64,000 bases of DNA from Amoebidium appalachense (GCA_963693365.1 CAVNZM010000012.1:9118001-9182000); one strand, 5' to 3'. Shown: positions 12,296 to 25,352, counted from the first letter of the stretch. Translations and numbers: made by a program. Notes: generated by a model not told the origin, from the sequence alone.

Positions 12296-15200
12296 CCGAC
12301 AAGGGTGCATGTGCAGTGCTTGGGGTGGGCGACGTGTTCTTTTCCAGCACCATCGACGGCGTTACTGCGGTGCATCAGCTGACGGATGTACTCTACGTGC
12401 CCTCCATCCCCGACACTCTCATCAGTGTGTTCACGGCAACTACCAACGGTGTTTTACCCCGCTTTGACACCCGCGGCGGCGTTAAGTTGTGCTACGGCGA
12501 TCAAATTCTGGCCACCGGCTCGGCTGTCGGCACCAAGCTGTACCACATGGCGGTGTCTCTTCTGCGCGCGGACACAACCCCGGACGCCCAAACCACCACT
12601 GCTCCGCGTATCCTCAAGGTTACTGCCGACCTCAACACGTGGCACTACCGTCTGGGCCATGCTGGCATTGACGCTGTACGCTCGGTCATCAAGTCTGCAG
12701 GCCTGTTGGTGGGTGGTGTTGGAGTGCAGACTTACGCTCACTCCACAATATGTGTATGTTAGCTTTACAATTGGTTCCGTGTACACAGACACACGCTGAC
12801 ACTCGATCACCACATGCACATCTGCATAGTTGAGGAATGTTGCCAATTGTGTTTTGGCTGCAAACGATTGGTTCACTGGTCCCAGAGATCTCTAAATGAA
12901 AGTAACCAATCCGATTAGCGCCTGGCATCCGGATTACATTCCAGACTGCTGCCCCACGGGTATATAAACCACGTCTCTGCCAGGTGCAGACATGGAGTTC
13001 AGTCATGGAGTTCAGACATGGAGTTCAGTCATGGAGTAAAGACATGGAGTTCAGTCATGGAGTAAAGACATGGAGTTCAGTCATGGAGTTCAGTCATGGA
13101 GTTCAGTCATGGAGTTAACACACTGAAAGCAGTAAAAAACGGGTCAGCGCCCAAGCGCGCCACGACGACCCTAGTCACAGCGGACTCTACTTCCAACAGG
13201 GTTATGGGCCCAGACACGACACCGCGGCCTCTAACTTCACGTCCCCTACGACGCCTTGAACGGAGGAGCCCAGAAACCGACTTCTAGGCTGTACCCTACA
13301 CCCGCGAGCGTATTTCCGTGAAGTAGAGACTTTCGCTTCCACAAACTCCATCCGCAGCAGCCTGCGACATCAACGTCAAGTATTCCACTTCATTGGCGGG
13401 GCACGCACCACAGTGGAATGCACACCCCGGTCTACCCTGCAAGCAGCCACACTCACTCTCTCTTCTCTAGTGGTGTGTACACTTCTCCAATTGGGTAGGG
13501 GTGTTGGAGTGCAGACTTACGCTCACTCCACTATATGTGTATGTTAGCTTTACAATTGGTTCCGTGTACATAGACACATGCTGACACTCGATCACCACAT
13601 GCACATCTGCATAGTTGAGGAATGTTGCCAATTGTGTTTTGACTGCAAACGATTGGTTCACTGGTCCCAGAGATATCTAAATGAAAGTAACCAATCCGAT
13701 TAGCGCCTGGCATCCGGATTACATTCCAGACTGCTGCCCCACGGGTATATAAGCCACGTCTCTGCCAGGTGCAGACATGGAGTTAAGTCATGGAGTTAAG
13801 TCATGGAGTTCAGTCATGGAGTTAACACACTGAAAGCAGTAAAAAACGGGTCAGCGCCCAAGCGCGCCACGACGACCCTAGTCACAGCGGACTCTACTTC
13901 CAACAGGTGGCGGTGCCAAGTCTCCGGGTGTGTGTGAGCCCTGTGCCCTCGGCAAAGCCCACCGTGTTGCCTTCTCCGAATCAACTAGCCAAGCTCCCCG
14001 GGTCCTAGCCAAGGTTCACAGCGACATCAGCGGCCCCTTCCCTCCCGCGATCGGTGGTGCTCAGTACTTGGCGACGTTCCACGACGAATTCACCGGCCAC
14101 ACCACGGCCGTGCCCCTCGTCAAGAAGTCGGACACACTGGCTGCATATGTGACGTACCACAAGGCGGCGGTTACCCAACACGGTGTTCCCATGCAGGTGT
14201 TTCAGTCCGACGGGGGGGGCGAGTACATGGGCACGGCCTTCGGGGACTACAACCGTGAGCATGGCATTCGCCATCAGATCACTACCACCGGCTCTCCTCA
14301 ACAGAATGGGACTGCCGAACGACTGAACCGGACCCTCCTCGACATGGTTCGGGCACTCCTGCAGCAGTCCGGCCTTCCGGTGGGATTCTGGGCCGAGGCA
14401 GCTGTGACCGCGGCTTTTATACGCAACATGCTCCCGTCGCGAGCCACCGGCAGCCAATCGTCTCCCGCTCTGCTGTGGACCGGCATTCCTCCCGACTACA
14501 GCCGGCTCCGTGTCTGGGGCTCTCCCTGCTACGTCCATCAACAGGATACACCGAAACTGGCGCCTCGTGCCGTCAAGGGCGTCTTCGTGGGCTACCCTCC
14601 TAACATCAAGGGCTACAAGGTCTGGATTCCAGCAGCACACAAGATGACCGTCAGCCGTGACGTGCAGTTCGACGAGGCTGCTATTCTGCACCCCCTCCGT
14701 GATGTCCCATCTGATTGGTCGACCGCACCGGCAATTCATCATTTTTTGGAGTCATCTGATTCGTCAAATCAGCCAGCCAATCACATCGTCCGGAATGATC
14801 AGCAATCTGATTCGTCTCGTCTGTCAGCCAATGGGACAGCGCCGAGTGATCAATTGGACATTCCGATCCTGCCCGAGCCTGCACATCGGCTCCCCCGGAC
14901 GACCCGTAGTGGCGCTGTGTACAACGACCAACGTCGAGGCCCGACTGCCAACGTGGCTGCTGCTACGGCCCCCCTTGCCCCCCAGGCTACGGCTCCTGCA
15001 TCAACACCCATCAAGGCTTCCACCATTGTTGTCCCCAAGACTGTCCGGGCTGCACTCAAGAGTCCCCAGCGTCTGAAATGGGAGGAGGCTGCACACCGTG
15101 AGCTCAAGGCCCTGGAAGACAACGGCACCTTCACCCTTGTGCCCCGTCCAGAGGATGGCTCCACTGTCATTCCGGTCGGCTGGGTCTTTACGGTCAAGCA

Positions 15201-16579
15201 GGACAACGTCGGCAACGTCACTGCTTTTCAAGGCCCGGCTTGTGGCCCGGGGCAACTACCAGCAGCCTGGCCAGGACTATTTCGTCACCGAGTCACCTGT
15301 GGCTGCGCTGGCTACCATCCGGCTGGTTTTGGCTACCTCCGTGGCCCAAGGTCTGCCTCTGCGCCACATCGACGTCAACACAGCATTCCTCAACGGCACC
15401 GTCAACGAGACCATCTACATTGAGCAGCCCCCTGGCTTCGTCAACCCCTCGGCCCCCCATGCTGTCGGCTTGCTCCACAAGGCGCTCTACGGCCTAAAAC
15501 AGGCACCGCGCCAGTGGTATGAGGCCCTCCGTGACCATCTCCTCGACCAAGGCTTCATTGTGAGTGCTGCTGACCCGTGCCTGTTCATCAAGAATGCCGG
15601 GACCCCAACATTTATTGCCCTTGCTGCCTACGTGGATGACTTCACCGTGACGGCCGCCACTGATGCGCTCATCGACGATTTTTTCACCAAGCTGGATGCT
15701 CGTTTCTCTGCCAAGGACCTGGGTCGTCCTACCCTGCTCATCGGGCACACTCTTACCTGGCTGGAGGACGGGTCTCTGCGTCTGGGCCATCGTCAACACA
15801 TCATCGACTTGGCTGCCCGTTTTCGTCTCACCCACATGTCCGGCACCAAGACCCCCATCGTCCCGGGCCAGGCCAGTGAAAGCAACAAGACCCCAGCCTA
15901 CAGCAAGAAGGAGGACTATGCCAGCCTGGTCGGTGCCCTGCTGTGGATTGCGCGTACCACCCGCCCCGACATTTCCCAGGCTCTGGGAGTCCTTACTCGA
16001 CACATTCATGCGCCCACCGTCACCCACTGGACTATGGCTACCAGAGTTGTAAGCTACCTGCTGGCCACCATCGACCTGGGTATTGTCTACCGTCCCGGCC
16101 CCCCCAACCTTGTTGGCTACTCCGACTCCGACTACGCCGAGGACCGCGACACCCGGCGCTCCACCACGGGCTATGTCTTCTTCATAAACTCCTCCCCTGT
16201 GTCCTGGGTGTCTCGGCTCCAGTCCATCACCACCCACAGCTCCACTGAGGCTGAATTTGTGGCCATGTCTGCTGCTACGAACGAGGCCCTATGGCTCAAC
16301 TATGTGATGGACGACCTGGGCCTTAATCCTATCAATGAGCCCACCCCGGTGCCCATCCATGGGGACAATGAGTCTGCCCGGGCCCTGCTGGACACCCTGG
16401 GGGTTAAGCCCAAGACCAAGCACATCGACGTCCGCTACTGCTCCGTCAAGGAACATCACCTGCTGGGCAACATCACTGTGGTCCCGGTGGCTTCTGCTGA
16501 CAACAAGGCCGACATGTTCACCAAGGCCCTGTCTGCCTCTTTCTTCACCAAGGCCGTGGGGATGCTCAACATGTGCTGA
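12136..16579 (+). pseudogene. pol: Copia pol (protease, integrase, RT, RNase H), interrupted by a TRIM and by 1-nt homopolymer frameshifts
   Basis: PR LLDSGATDH; HHCC zinc motif WHYRLGH..CEPC split by the TRIM; integrase VHSDISGP, QSDGGGEY, QNGTAERLNR; RT KARLVARG, LYGLKQAPRQW, YVDD; RNase H YSDSDYA, SSTEAE, KHIDVRY, ADMFTKAL. Frame shifts at G7 (~12142-12148) and T4 (~15225). Confidence 0.93.
12717..13905 (+). mobile_element. TRIM (non-autonomous miniature LTR element), 1189 bp
   Basis: LTRs 12717-13198 (482 bp) and 13502-13905 (404 bp), TGTTGGAGT...CCAACA; TSD GGTGG at 12712-12716 and 13906-13910; PBS GGTTATGGGCCCAG; PPT GGGTAGGGG; 303-bp interior with no recognisable protein domain. Removing it restores the pol frame (LLVGGGAKSPGVCEPC). 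Confidence 0.96.
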
Positions 16580-16765
16580 GCACCCGTCATCAACCAACTG
16601 CGCCCTCATACTTCAGGGGGGGGGAGAGAGTTGCATCCGACTGTGCAACTACGTGTACCATACTAAAATTGAGTAGGGGAATCTTTATTGTCTGTATTTT
16701 GTGCACCTGAAGCACTCGAGCTCAGTTGCATTAATTCATACCACAATTATCCAATTGAGTAGGGG

Positions 16766-17530
16766 TGTTGGAGTACACTGGTACTCCCGGCTAGCAATGT
16801 CTGTTAGAGAAAGTTTCTGAGCAATTGAATAACTGTTTCAACACTCACTCGAGTGCATAGAGCTTTTGTTTACGGTCATATTCATATATGGTAGTTATAT
16901 GTTTGAGCCAAAACTGTACCAATGACGAGCTTCACTAGCAACGTGCTAATTGTGCTCATTAATTAATATTCCCGGTTCAGATGATGTCATGTCTATATTT
17001 GCCACAGGATTCTATTCTTAGAGTGGTAGTGTGCTTTATTCCCGGATATTCTCAGAATATTTTTAGTTGTGTGAAGCAAGATTTACGTTTAACTGCAATT
17101 GGTGTGTTAAACACGTTTATTTGTGTGCTTTAGTGCAAGTTAACTAGCCACTCAACGTGCACAGTTAACTTTTATATCTTTAACGACTTGTTTTCATTGT
17201 GCTCTCTTTTCGGCCATGCTGTACATGGCCCACCACCAGGGTGCACACGAGGCCACCATGAGGTGGCCAACGACTATATAAAGCAGTGCCTCCCATGTCA
17301 CAAACATGGGAAGCAGAACGTTTGATTTACACTTTTCTACTGTCGTTTCCAGTGCACAAAACACATAGACTAGTTACCCATCATACACGACACTATGTCT
17401 GACAACTTACAGTTGCAGCAACTAGTCCAACTACTGGAGCAGAGGTTGGCCTCACAAGATGCAATCATTTCTGACTTACAGAAGGAACAACGTGCACTAG
17501 AACTAGCTTCTATGAACACAATGTCCAACA
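16766..17530 (+). repeat. Copia 3' LTR (765 bp)
   Basis: Direct repeat of 10458-11222, preceded by the PPT. Confidence 0.97.
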
Positions 17531-19637
17531 AGGAGGAGTAGTGGTTTTTGTGGTGGTGGTAGGAGGGGGGTAGTGGTGGTGGTGGTGGTGGTGGTGGTTA
17601 TTGTTGTTGTGGTGGTGGTTGGAGGAGGGGTAGTGGTGGTGGTGGTGGTCGGAGCGGGTGCCTCAAGAGCGGGCAGGGCTGTGCTGAACACGTCATAGAG
17701 CATGCGATTGGCTGTTGCATTGTTCAGGCCACCAATCACATTGGGCGTAGCATTGTCCATTAGTGCCTGCATGACTCGGGATGGCGTGGACAGGGGGCGC
17801 TGACCGAGGTAGAGGGCAGCTGTGGCTGACACGAGAGGGGTGGCCCTGGGGGGTGGAATGGTGGTGGGAAGTGTGGGTTTGTGGAACAAAAGTGGTAGTG
17901 GCAGGTGAGGTGAAATACTATATATGGTGCTTTTTCTTCCACGGTAGAAATGAATGTTCGGAGGAGGTGAGATGCTATTTGGTGATATATGCGGTATAAT
18001 GTGCACGTGGTGGACAAAAACGCTGGGTTTTTTTTTAGAAATATATTCCCAGGGGAGGTGAGGTGCTTTTTGTTGCTTTTTCGTGGGGGAGGAAAGTTTT
18101 CCTTTGAGGTTTCTTGTTCGTTGGGGGCGAAGAACGCAATGAGCGCTGGGCGGGGGGGGGGGGGGGGGGGGAGGGGGGAGGGGGAGGGGGGGGAGGGGGA
18201 TGGGGGATTTGGGGAGGAGGGGGGGATTACATACATGGATGTGCCGGACATGGTGATGATAGACTGGTTGAGCCCCGTGGATGAAATCTGGTGGCCGGGG
18301 GCAAATATGCCCACACAGGGCCCATGGTTGGAGTATGCGGCCTTATTATCATCCCTCTGAGTGGCCCCAACCACCAGTGTGCCACGTGCAGATGCTGGTG
18401 TGCTGGTGCACGCATCTACATTGCTATTGCCGGCAGCGGTTATAACCGTCACACCATCATTGTAAAGGCGTGTCACTGCGTCGTTTACTACTTGGGAATA
18501 TGCGCCGTTGAGTGAGAGGGAAGCAATGGCGGGCCTATTACGGTCTCTGCTGTTTGATATGGCGGCTAGGCCCTGCAGGAAGGAGGTGGTGCTGCCCAGC
18601 CCAGCATCATCCAGCACACGCACATTCAAAACACGTGCAAAGGACGCACCATAGTCCCTGGATGTGATGATCCCTGCAACGTGTGTGCCGTGCCCTTTCC
18701 TGTCCATAAAACTACCATACCCCGTGAAGAAATTCACTGCCCGCCCTTCAAACTGAGTGTGGTTCACGTCGATGCCCGTGTCTACCACAAACACATCAAC
18801 CCCCCGTGTCAGTTCCTTTGCGCTAGCAGGGAGGCCCATTCCATCATAGGCCAGATTGCGCGTGTTTATCCTGTCCACACCCCAGCTAGATGTGGGTGTG
18901 TTCTGGTCGATAGGCACTGCAGCAGTGCTAGTGAACATCTGCACCTCTTCCATAGCCTGCACCCCATCCTCCCTCAAAAGGTCTTTGACGTCCTCTGCCT
19001 CCGTGATGGTGAACTCGGCACCGTTGATAATGGGTAGCTCGATGACGGGCTGTGGGGATAGACGTGGGTTAGATATTACTACCTGCCTTGCGAACGTAAA
19101 ACCTCACCAATGAAAGCAGAGGATGTGCTGTACCAAAACATGAGCGGAAATTAAACATGAAGGAAAAGGCCAAAAAGTAGAATTCGAACAGGGTTGGCAC
19201 CTGTCACAGACCACAACCTCAAAACAAAAGTGTTTTTTATTTATGACAGTAAGTGGCCATCAACTTTGTTCGCATTTTTTTTTTATTACACACAGCAAAC
19301 AATTTAAAATCGAGACCCACCTCATTGTTGCCGCCATACTTGTCTGTCAGTTCCATCAGCTTTTTCTTAATTAACTGCCCGCGCTGTTATGTTTGCTTTG
19401 AGCGTGACAATGTACTTGTTGGGCACACGGCTGCCTTCTGGGGCCTCATAGTAGATGCCCCCTAGTACTGCCTCCACCCCAACAAGGGCAAAGAGCGCAA
19501 GAGACTTGAACGCCATCCTGCTCTGTGTGTCGCGTGTGTATGGCGTGTGTGATATTGTCGTCTAGATGGCCGGTTTGTCGTGTAAACCGGTGGAACGTAA
19601 AAACAGCGACACTGAGGCTCAGACTGGCGAAAGCGAG

Positions 19638-19761
19638 TTTATATACATTTCAGAAAGCTTCCGATGGTTAATATGATTGGCTGTTGTAATGTGCTACGGA
19701 GATAGATGATTGGCTAATATGGTGTGACTCACTCAGATCTGTTTTGTCTAGATACGCCAAT
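19638..19761 (-). promoter_or_regulatory. Putative subtilisin promoter: TATA box plus three CCAAT boxes
   Basis: Minus-strand TATATAAA at 19638-19645, about 120 nt upstream of the ATG; ATTGG at 19676-19680 and 19709-19713; CCAAT at 19757-19761. Confidence 0.5.
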
Positions 19762-20069
19762 CAAATTCCTGAAATCAATAAATCGACATTTTTGTGTCAT
19801 GGCGGAACCACGACGCCATCGAATTTTCATTGTGTATGATTCGTGCTAAGAAAGTGATTTTTTTCATATTGTCATTACATTTTCTCCTTCTTTTCATAAG
19901 GAAGAATGACACGAAAATTTGCTAAAAGCCGACGGTCGTTTTGCTCTATCGCGCGCACTGGACTCGCCTCATTATGTATACTCACTATTACTCAGATTGC
20001 CAAGATGCACATTCCCCCCGATACACTTTCGCGATATATTCGCGTACGTGACCTGACGGAAACATATGT

Positions 20070-20530
20070 CAGGGATGAGTCGGGTCGGTCGTCCCGACCC
20101 GGGACCGACCGGTTGTCGGGTCGGACGGTCGACCGAGCCCTTTTTCGAGAAACCTGTGAGCCAAAAATACTCGGCCGGGTACGGCCGTGACCGACCCGAC
20201 CCGAGGCCAAAACCCGGCCGGGTATCCGGGCCGAGGGAGGATCATGTGTATATGGCATAAATAGAGTTCTGCGTTATTCCATCTAAAACAATAATACAAC
20301 TTGATAAATCATTATTTATATGTACAAATGAATAAACTGCATTTTGGCTAATATAGTCGTTGCCTACACCGCGCCATCAGCATCGTGTGCATCATACTCA
20401 GGCTTCAACCGCCGACAATATTGCATCGATATCCGCCCACTTGCGAACCCAGCCACGGTGGCACCTGGCCCACACGTTCCGCAAACACACACACACGTGT
20501 CTTCACACACACGCACACACGCACACACAC

Positions 20531-20573
<43 letters not shown>

Positions 20574-20774
20574 CCCCCCCCCCCCCCCCCCCCCTCTCTC
20601 TCTCACTCATTCTCTCTCTCTCCCCCTCTCCCTCTGCCCCCGAGGCTCGAGCTCTCTTCGAGGCTCTCTCTTTCTCTCCCGCTTTCTTTTCTCCCCTCCC
20701 TCCATCCTTTCCCCCCCCTCTCACCCCCTCTCTCTCCCTCTCTCTCGAGTCTCTCCTACTAGCCATAGGCTCTC

Positions 20775-20808
<34 letters not shown>

Positions 20809-21081
20809 CCCCTCCCTCTCTCCCCCTGCACATGCCTCTCTGTGCCCCAGACGACGGCACAACACACACACATCTACACACCCCGTGACTACACACACAC
20901 ACAAAAAAAAAACTCCCTAGGTTTTTGACTACTCGGTCAGCCCGACGACCGACCCGGTTCGGGACGTGCGCGACCGGTGAACGACCGACCTGAACCAAAA
21001 ATTTCTATGACCGATCGTACCCGAACCGACAAGATTCGTACCCGACCCGATCCGACCCGTAAAGCTTTTGACTCATCCCTG
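20070..21081. mobile_element. Non-autonomous hAT element (MITE), 1012 bp
   Basis: 12-bp TIR CAGGGATGAGTC/GACTCATCCCTG (Ac/Ds-like CAGGGATG); 8-bp TSD ACATATGT at 20062-20069 and 21082-21089; CpG-rich CCGAC/GTCGG subterminal repeats at both ends. Confidence 0.93.
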
Positions 21082-21531
21082 ACATATGTGCACCGTCCTT
21101 TTAAATTTAAACGCAAAAAATAAGAGGGCACAAATTTACAAAGCACAGTTAGAAGCTCGCTGGCATCTTTTTGGTGAATCGAACTTGAATATGGGAGCTA
21201 TTTGTGCATTGTACTGTTGATGTCCAAGCTACCTTAAATTTATCACCTTGTCTGGCTGGCCCGGCGTTCGAATATTCAATCGGTGAATCATTCTAATATC
21301 AAACCCTGGTTGGAATGAATAGCTATGTGTTCTTCTACCAATGGAATCGCTCGCAACATTCTACACTTCTAAGAACCAATCAAATTCATCAAGATCCAAA
21401 CTTATGCATACCTGCGCGTGTATCTTGTGGCTTCGAAGCCTTGTACACGGTGCACCTCACTACATTGTAGTTTGCCAGTGCAGCTGCACGTTGTGCATGA
21501 CAAGACCCCAACTTGTGCCCCCGCATTCTAA

Positions 21532-21567
<36 letters not shown>

Positions 21568-22040
21568 TCCCCCCCACCCCTCTCCCCCCCCCCTCCCCAA
21601 CACCCATCCATCCAATAATAACACCTCCGGTCAGTGCACCATTACGCGTACTGACTGGAAGGATGACCGGGTCCCTGATATTACTGATAATCAACGGCAA
21701 TACGTGACCACCTTGCCACTGTGTTATTATTAGTCATGGCCCGCATCATTTGTTGGCGGGAGGCAGTCTTGCGTGCACTTCCCATAAAGTTTTACGGCGA
21801 TCGGTGGGTAAAGGATAGGTCCCCGAGCAGACTCCCCCACCCCCAACTTTGCATCCCCCTCCACATGTACATGTACACACACACACGCACCCACACCGAA
21901 CAGCTACTCCCCTCGGGGGCCTAGTCCCACCAACTTTCTTCCGCGTATCATGCAAGAGTTCTTTCTTTCTGAGAGGCTCAATAATGAATTTGGCAGATTT
22001 AAATTTAGCAATGCTGTCGTACATGTCACTGTACAGTCTG

Positions 22041-22095
<55 letters not shown>

Positions 22096-22425
22096 TGTGT
22101 GTGTGTACGCGCGTGTGTTTGTGTGTGTGTGTAAAAGCGTGTGTGCATGCTGCAGTGCTGGCGATTCATGTGTTATTGGTGCAGTTGTGTGTATGCACAT
22201 AGTGGTGTCATAGCACAACTAACTAAAGGTTGTGACATATGCATGTTTGGTGTTGTTCGTGTTGACAATGTGCATGTGTGAGTTTGTGTTCGTGGATGCT
22301 TGCAATGTGTGTATCACGTGCACTTGCAATGAGGACTCGAAGAGCTTAAGGGAAACGGGAGGTATCGATGGCAAAGCCCAGGCGAGGTCTGATCAGACCG
22401 CTTCGTGGTAATTTTTTTTTTTTTT

Positions 22426-22474
<49 letters not shown>

Positions 22475-22509
22475 GAATACAATAGCATATTACCTGACAT
22501 CTGGTGTCG

Positions 22510-22582
<73 letters not shown>

Positions 22583-22877
22583 AAAAAGGGAGGGGGGGAG
22601 GGGGAGGTACGGACAGAACTTCGAGAGGTGGAGGAGGAGGGGGAGGGGGGGGGGGGGGGGGGGGGGGGGGGTTGTATCGTGTGATAGAAGTGGGAGAATT
22701 GTAAAGAATGGATGGGTGGGGAGGGTAACCGTTTTTTTTTTTCCTTTTTGGGAGGGGAGAGGCAGGGAGGAGGAGGGGGGGGGGGGGGGGGAAGAGTTTT
22801 TTTTTGATTTTGTTATAATCCTTTTTTTCTTTTTTCGTGTCTTTTTTTCGTGTGCTTTTTTCTTTTTTCTTTCTCTC

Positions 22878-22916
<39 letters not shown>

Positions 22917-23309
22917 ATGTGTGCGTGTCCGTGTGAGGCGAGAGAGGGGGGGAGGGGGGGTGGGGGGGAGGGGGGTGGGGTCTGTCTTCGATGGTATAGT
23001 AAAGGGCACTGAGACGCGAACATATATTGTTTTGGTTTGAAAAGCAGCTTTGTTAACCCTACCAGTCATTTGATATGCTGTGTTGCAGATCCCCTTTTTT
23101 TTCTTTGTCACGGTTTTCTCTGACGCCTTCGAGCATTTATTGAGGGTGGTAGTTGAGCCGTCGTATGCAGTTTGGTGGGTATCGCATGTGGAAGTGTGTG
23201 TGTTTGTGTTTGTGTTCCATTGGGAGGAAGGAACCGAAGATGGTGGTTCGGAGGGTTGCGTGGGGAGGTGTGTGTGTGTGTGTGGTGGTGGTGGTGGTGG
23301 TGGGGGGGT

Positions 23310-23357
<48 letters not shown>

Positions 23358-23660
23358 GGGCGTTTTATTTTTTTCTTCGAGGGGCCCGAAGGGGGCACGG
23401 GGGGAGGGGAGGGGAGGGGGGGGTGGGGGGGGCTGCTTGGGGGGGTTAAGTATGTACATCATGTAGCCAACTGAGGGCTCAATACGTGCATGCACCAGAT
23501 AGCATATTTTCACGGGAAATAACATCTGCACATGTCTTCATAAAAGTAAACAAATGTGCCATAAAAGGAAATGAATGTATGCGTATCATAAAAGGAGATG
23601 AATCATTATAAATTCGCAAATTGAAATAGCATGATTTATTATATATCATAATCATAGTCA

Positions 23661-24230
<570 letters not shown>

Positions 24231-24353
24231 AAGGAGAGTGAAACGATAAAGCAAAAAAAAATAAAAATAGGAACACATACACGAGTGTGCACTTATGCAC
24301 GAAGACACACACACCGCGGCATGTGGGCACGGAGGCATGCAGACACGCAGGCA

Positions 24354-24406
<53 letters not shown>

Positions 24407-25312
24407 TGGCTCCACCACACCCACACTCTCCACCTTAGTAAACGTGCAATGTCGCTACACCCACATGTCCACACCGGCACAAACACACCTACACACGGCC
24501 GAAGATCTATACCGTGCTAAACGGAACGCTCAAGGACGAGGCCTTTATTTTATGGTTTGACATTTTACTGGCTAATGAGTGCAAAAGAATTGTATGAAAG
24601 CTTCGTTATCTTCTACGCAAGATCAAATGTGCACGGACACCTTGATCAATTGTAGCTTCAAATGGGTACTATCCTATTAAAAATGGAGTGCTTACAAAGT
24701 ATCATGATCATAAGTTAAACTAGAAATGTGTGTCTAAAACAGACCACTTGAACAGGATGAAGGCGCCGTGTGTACACTATGGCGGGTGGGGGCAAAGAGG
24801 GGAGGGAGGGAGGGAGGGGGGGGGGGGGGGGGGGGGGGGAGGGGGGGGGGGGGAGGGGGGAGAGAAATCCAAGGGAGGGGGGTTGGGGCGTGAGGGGAGC
24901 AACAAGGTCTTTCATGGGAGGGAAGCAGGAAGACCCCTAGAAGAGAAAACGGGAACGAGAGAGACGGCGGAGGGAAGAGGGAGAGAGGCGCGGGGGGGGG
25001 GGGGGGGGGGGGGGGGGATGGAAAGCCGGGAGAGTGAGAAAGAGAGAAGACGAGACAGAGACAGAGATATACAGATACTATCACAGAGAGAGAAAGTGAC
25101 GGCGCTTCGAGGAAAAACGAGAGAGATGAATGAGACTGAAACTGAGAGAGAGAACACGAGAAAAAAGAGGAGAGGGAGGGGGTGAGGGGATCTCTAGGCG
25201 GAGGTGGGACGGGGGGAAGGGGGAAGAGAGAGAGGGGGGGGGGGGAGAGAGAGAGGGGGGAGGGGGGGGGGGGGAGAGAGAAAGAGAGAGAGAGAGGGAG
25301 AGAGAGGGGGGG

Positions 25313-25352
<40 letters not shown>

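Larger units (their letters stand above)
10458..17530 (+). mobile_element. Full-length Ty1/copia LTR retrotransposon
   Basis: TGTTGG...CCAACA LTRs; 5-bp TSD AGGAG at 10453-10457 and 17531-17535; PBS GGTTATGGGCCC (copia-type half-tRNA-iMet) right after the 5' LTR; PPT GAGTAGGGG at 16757-16765; domain order gag-PR-IN-RT-RH. Confidence 0.98.
9880..19516 (-). pseudogene. Secreted subtilisin-like S8 protease (proteinase K type) with I9 propeptide, Thr/Pro-rich tail and small Cys-rich C-terminus; disrupted
   Basis: Exon 1 19516-19321 (MAFKSLALFALVGVEAVLG signal-like, VPNKYIVTLK); exon 2 19049-18235 (VFVVDTG, GHGTHVAG, AAGN); exon 3 from 17845 completes GTSMATP and continues to 9880 once the copia element and one TSD are removed. 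GT-AG introns with matching phases. Exon 1 is frameshifted, and a G-run shifts the frame near 17565. Confidence 0.88.

Noticed and set aside
12717-13198. Cassandra-type TRIM with 5S rRNA-derived LTR
   Set aside because: No 5S rRNA similarity or A/C boxes recognised; the LTR has a Pol II-like TATA and CCAAT motifs.
15494-16237. 247-aa antisense ORF within copia RT, and antisense ORFs at 14005-14742 and 38488-38970
   Set aside because: Shadow ORFs of the sense-strand coding sequence with no recognisable motifs.
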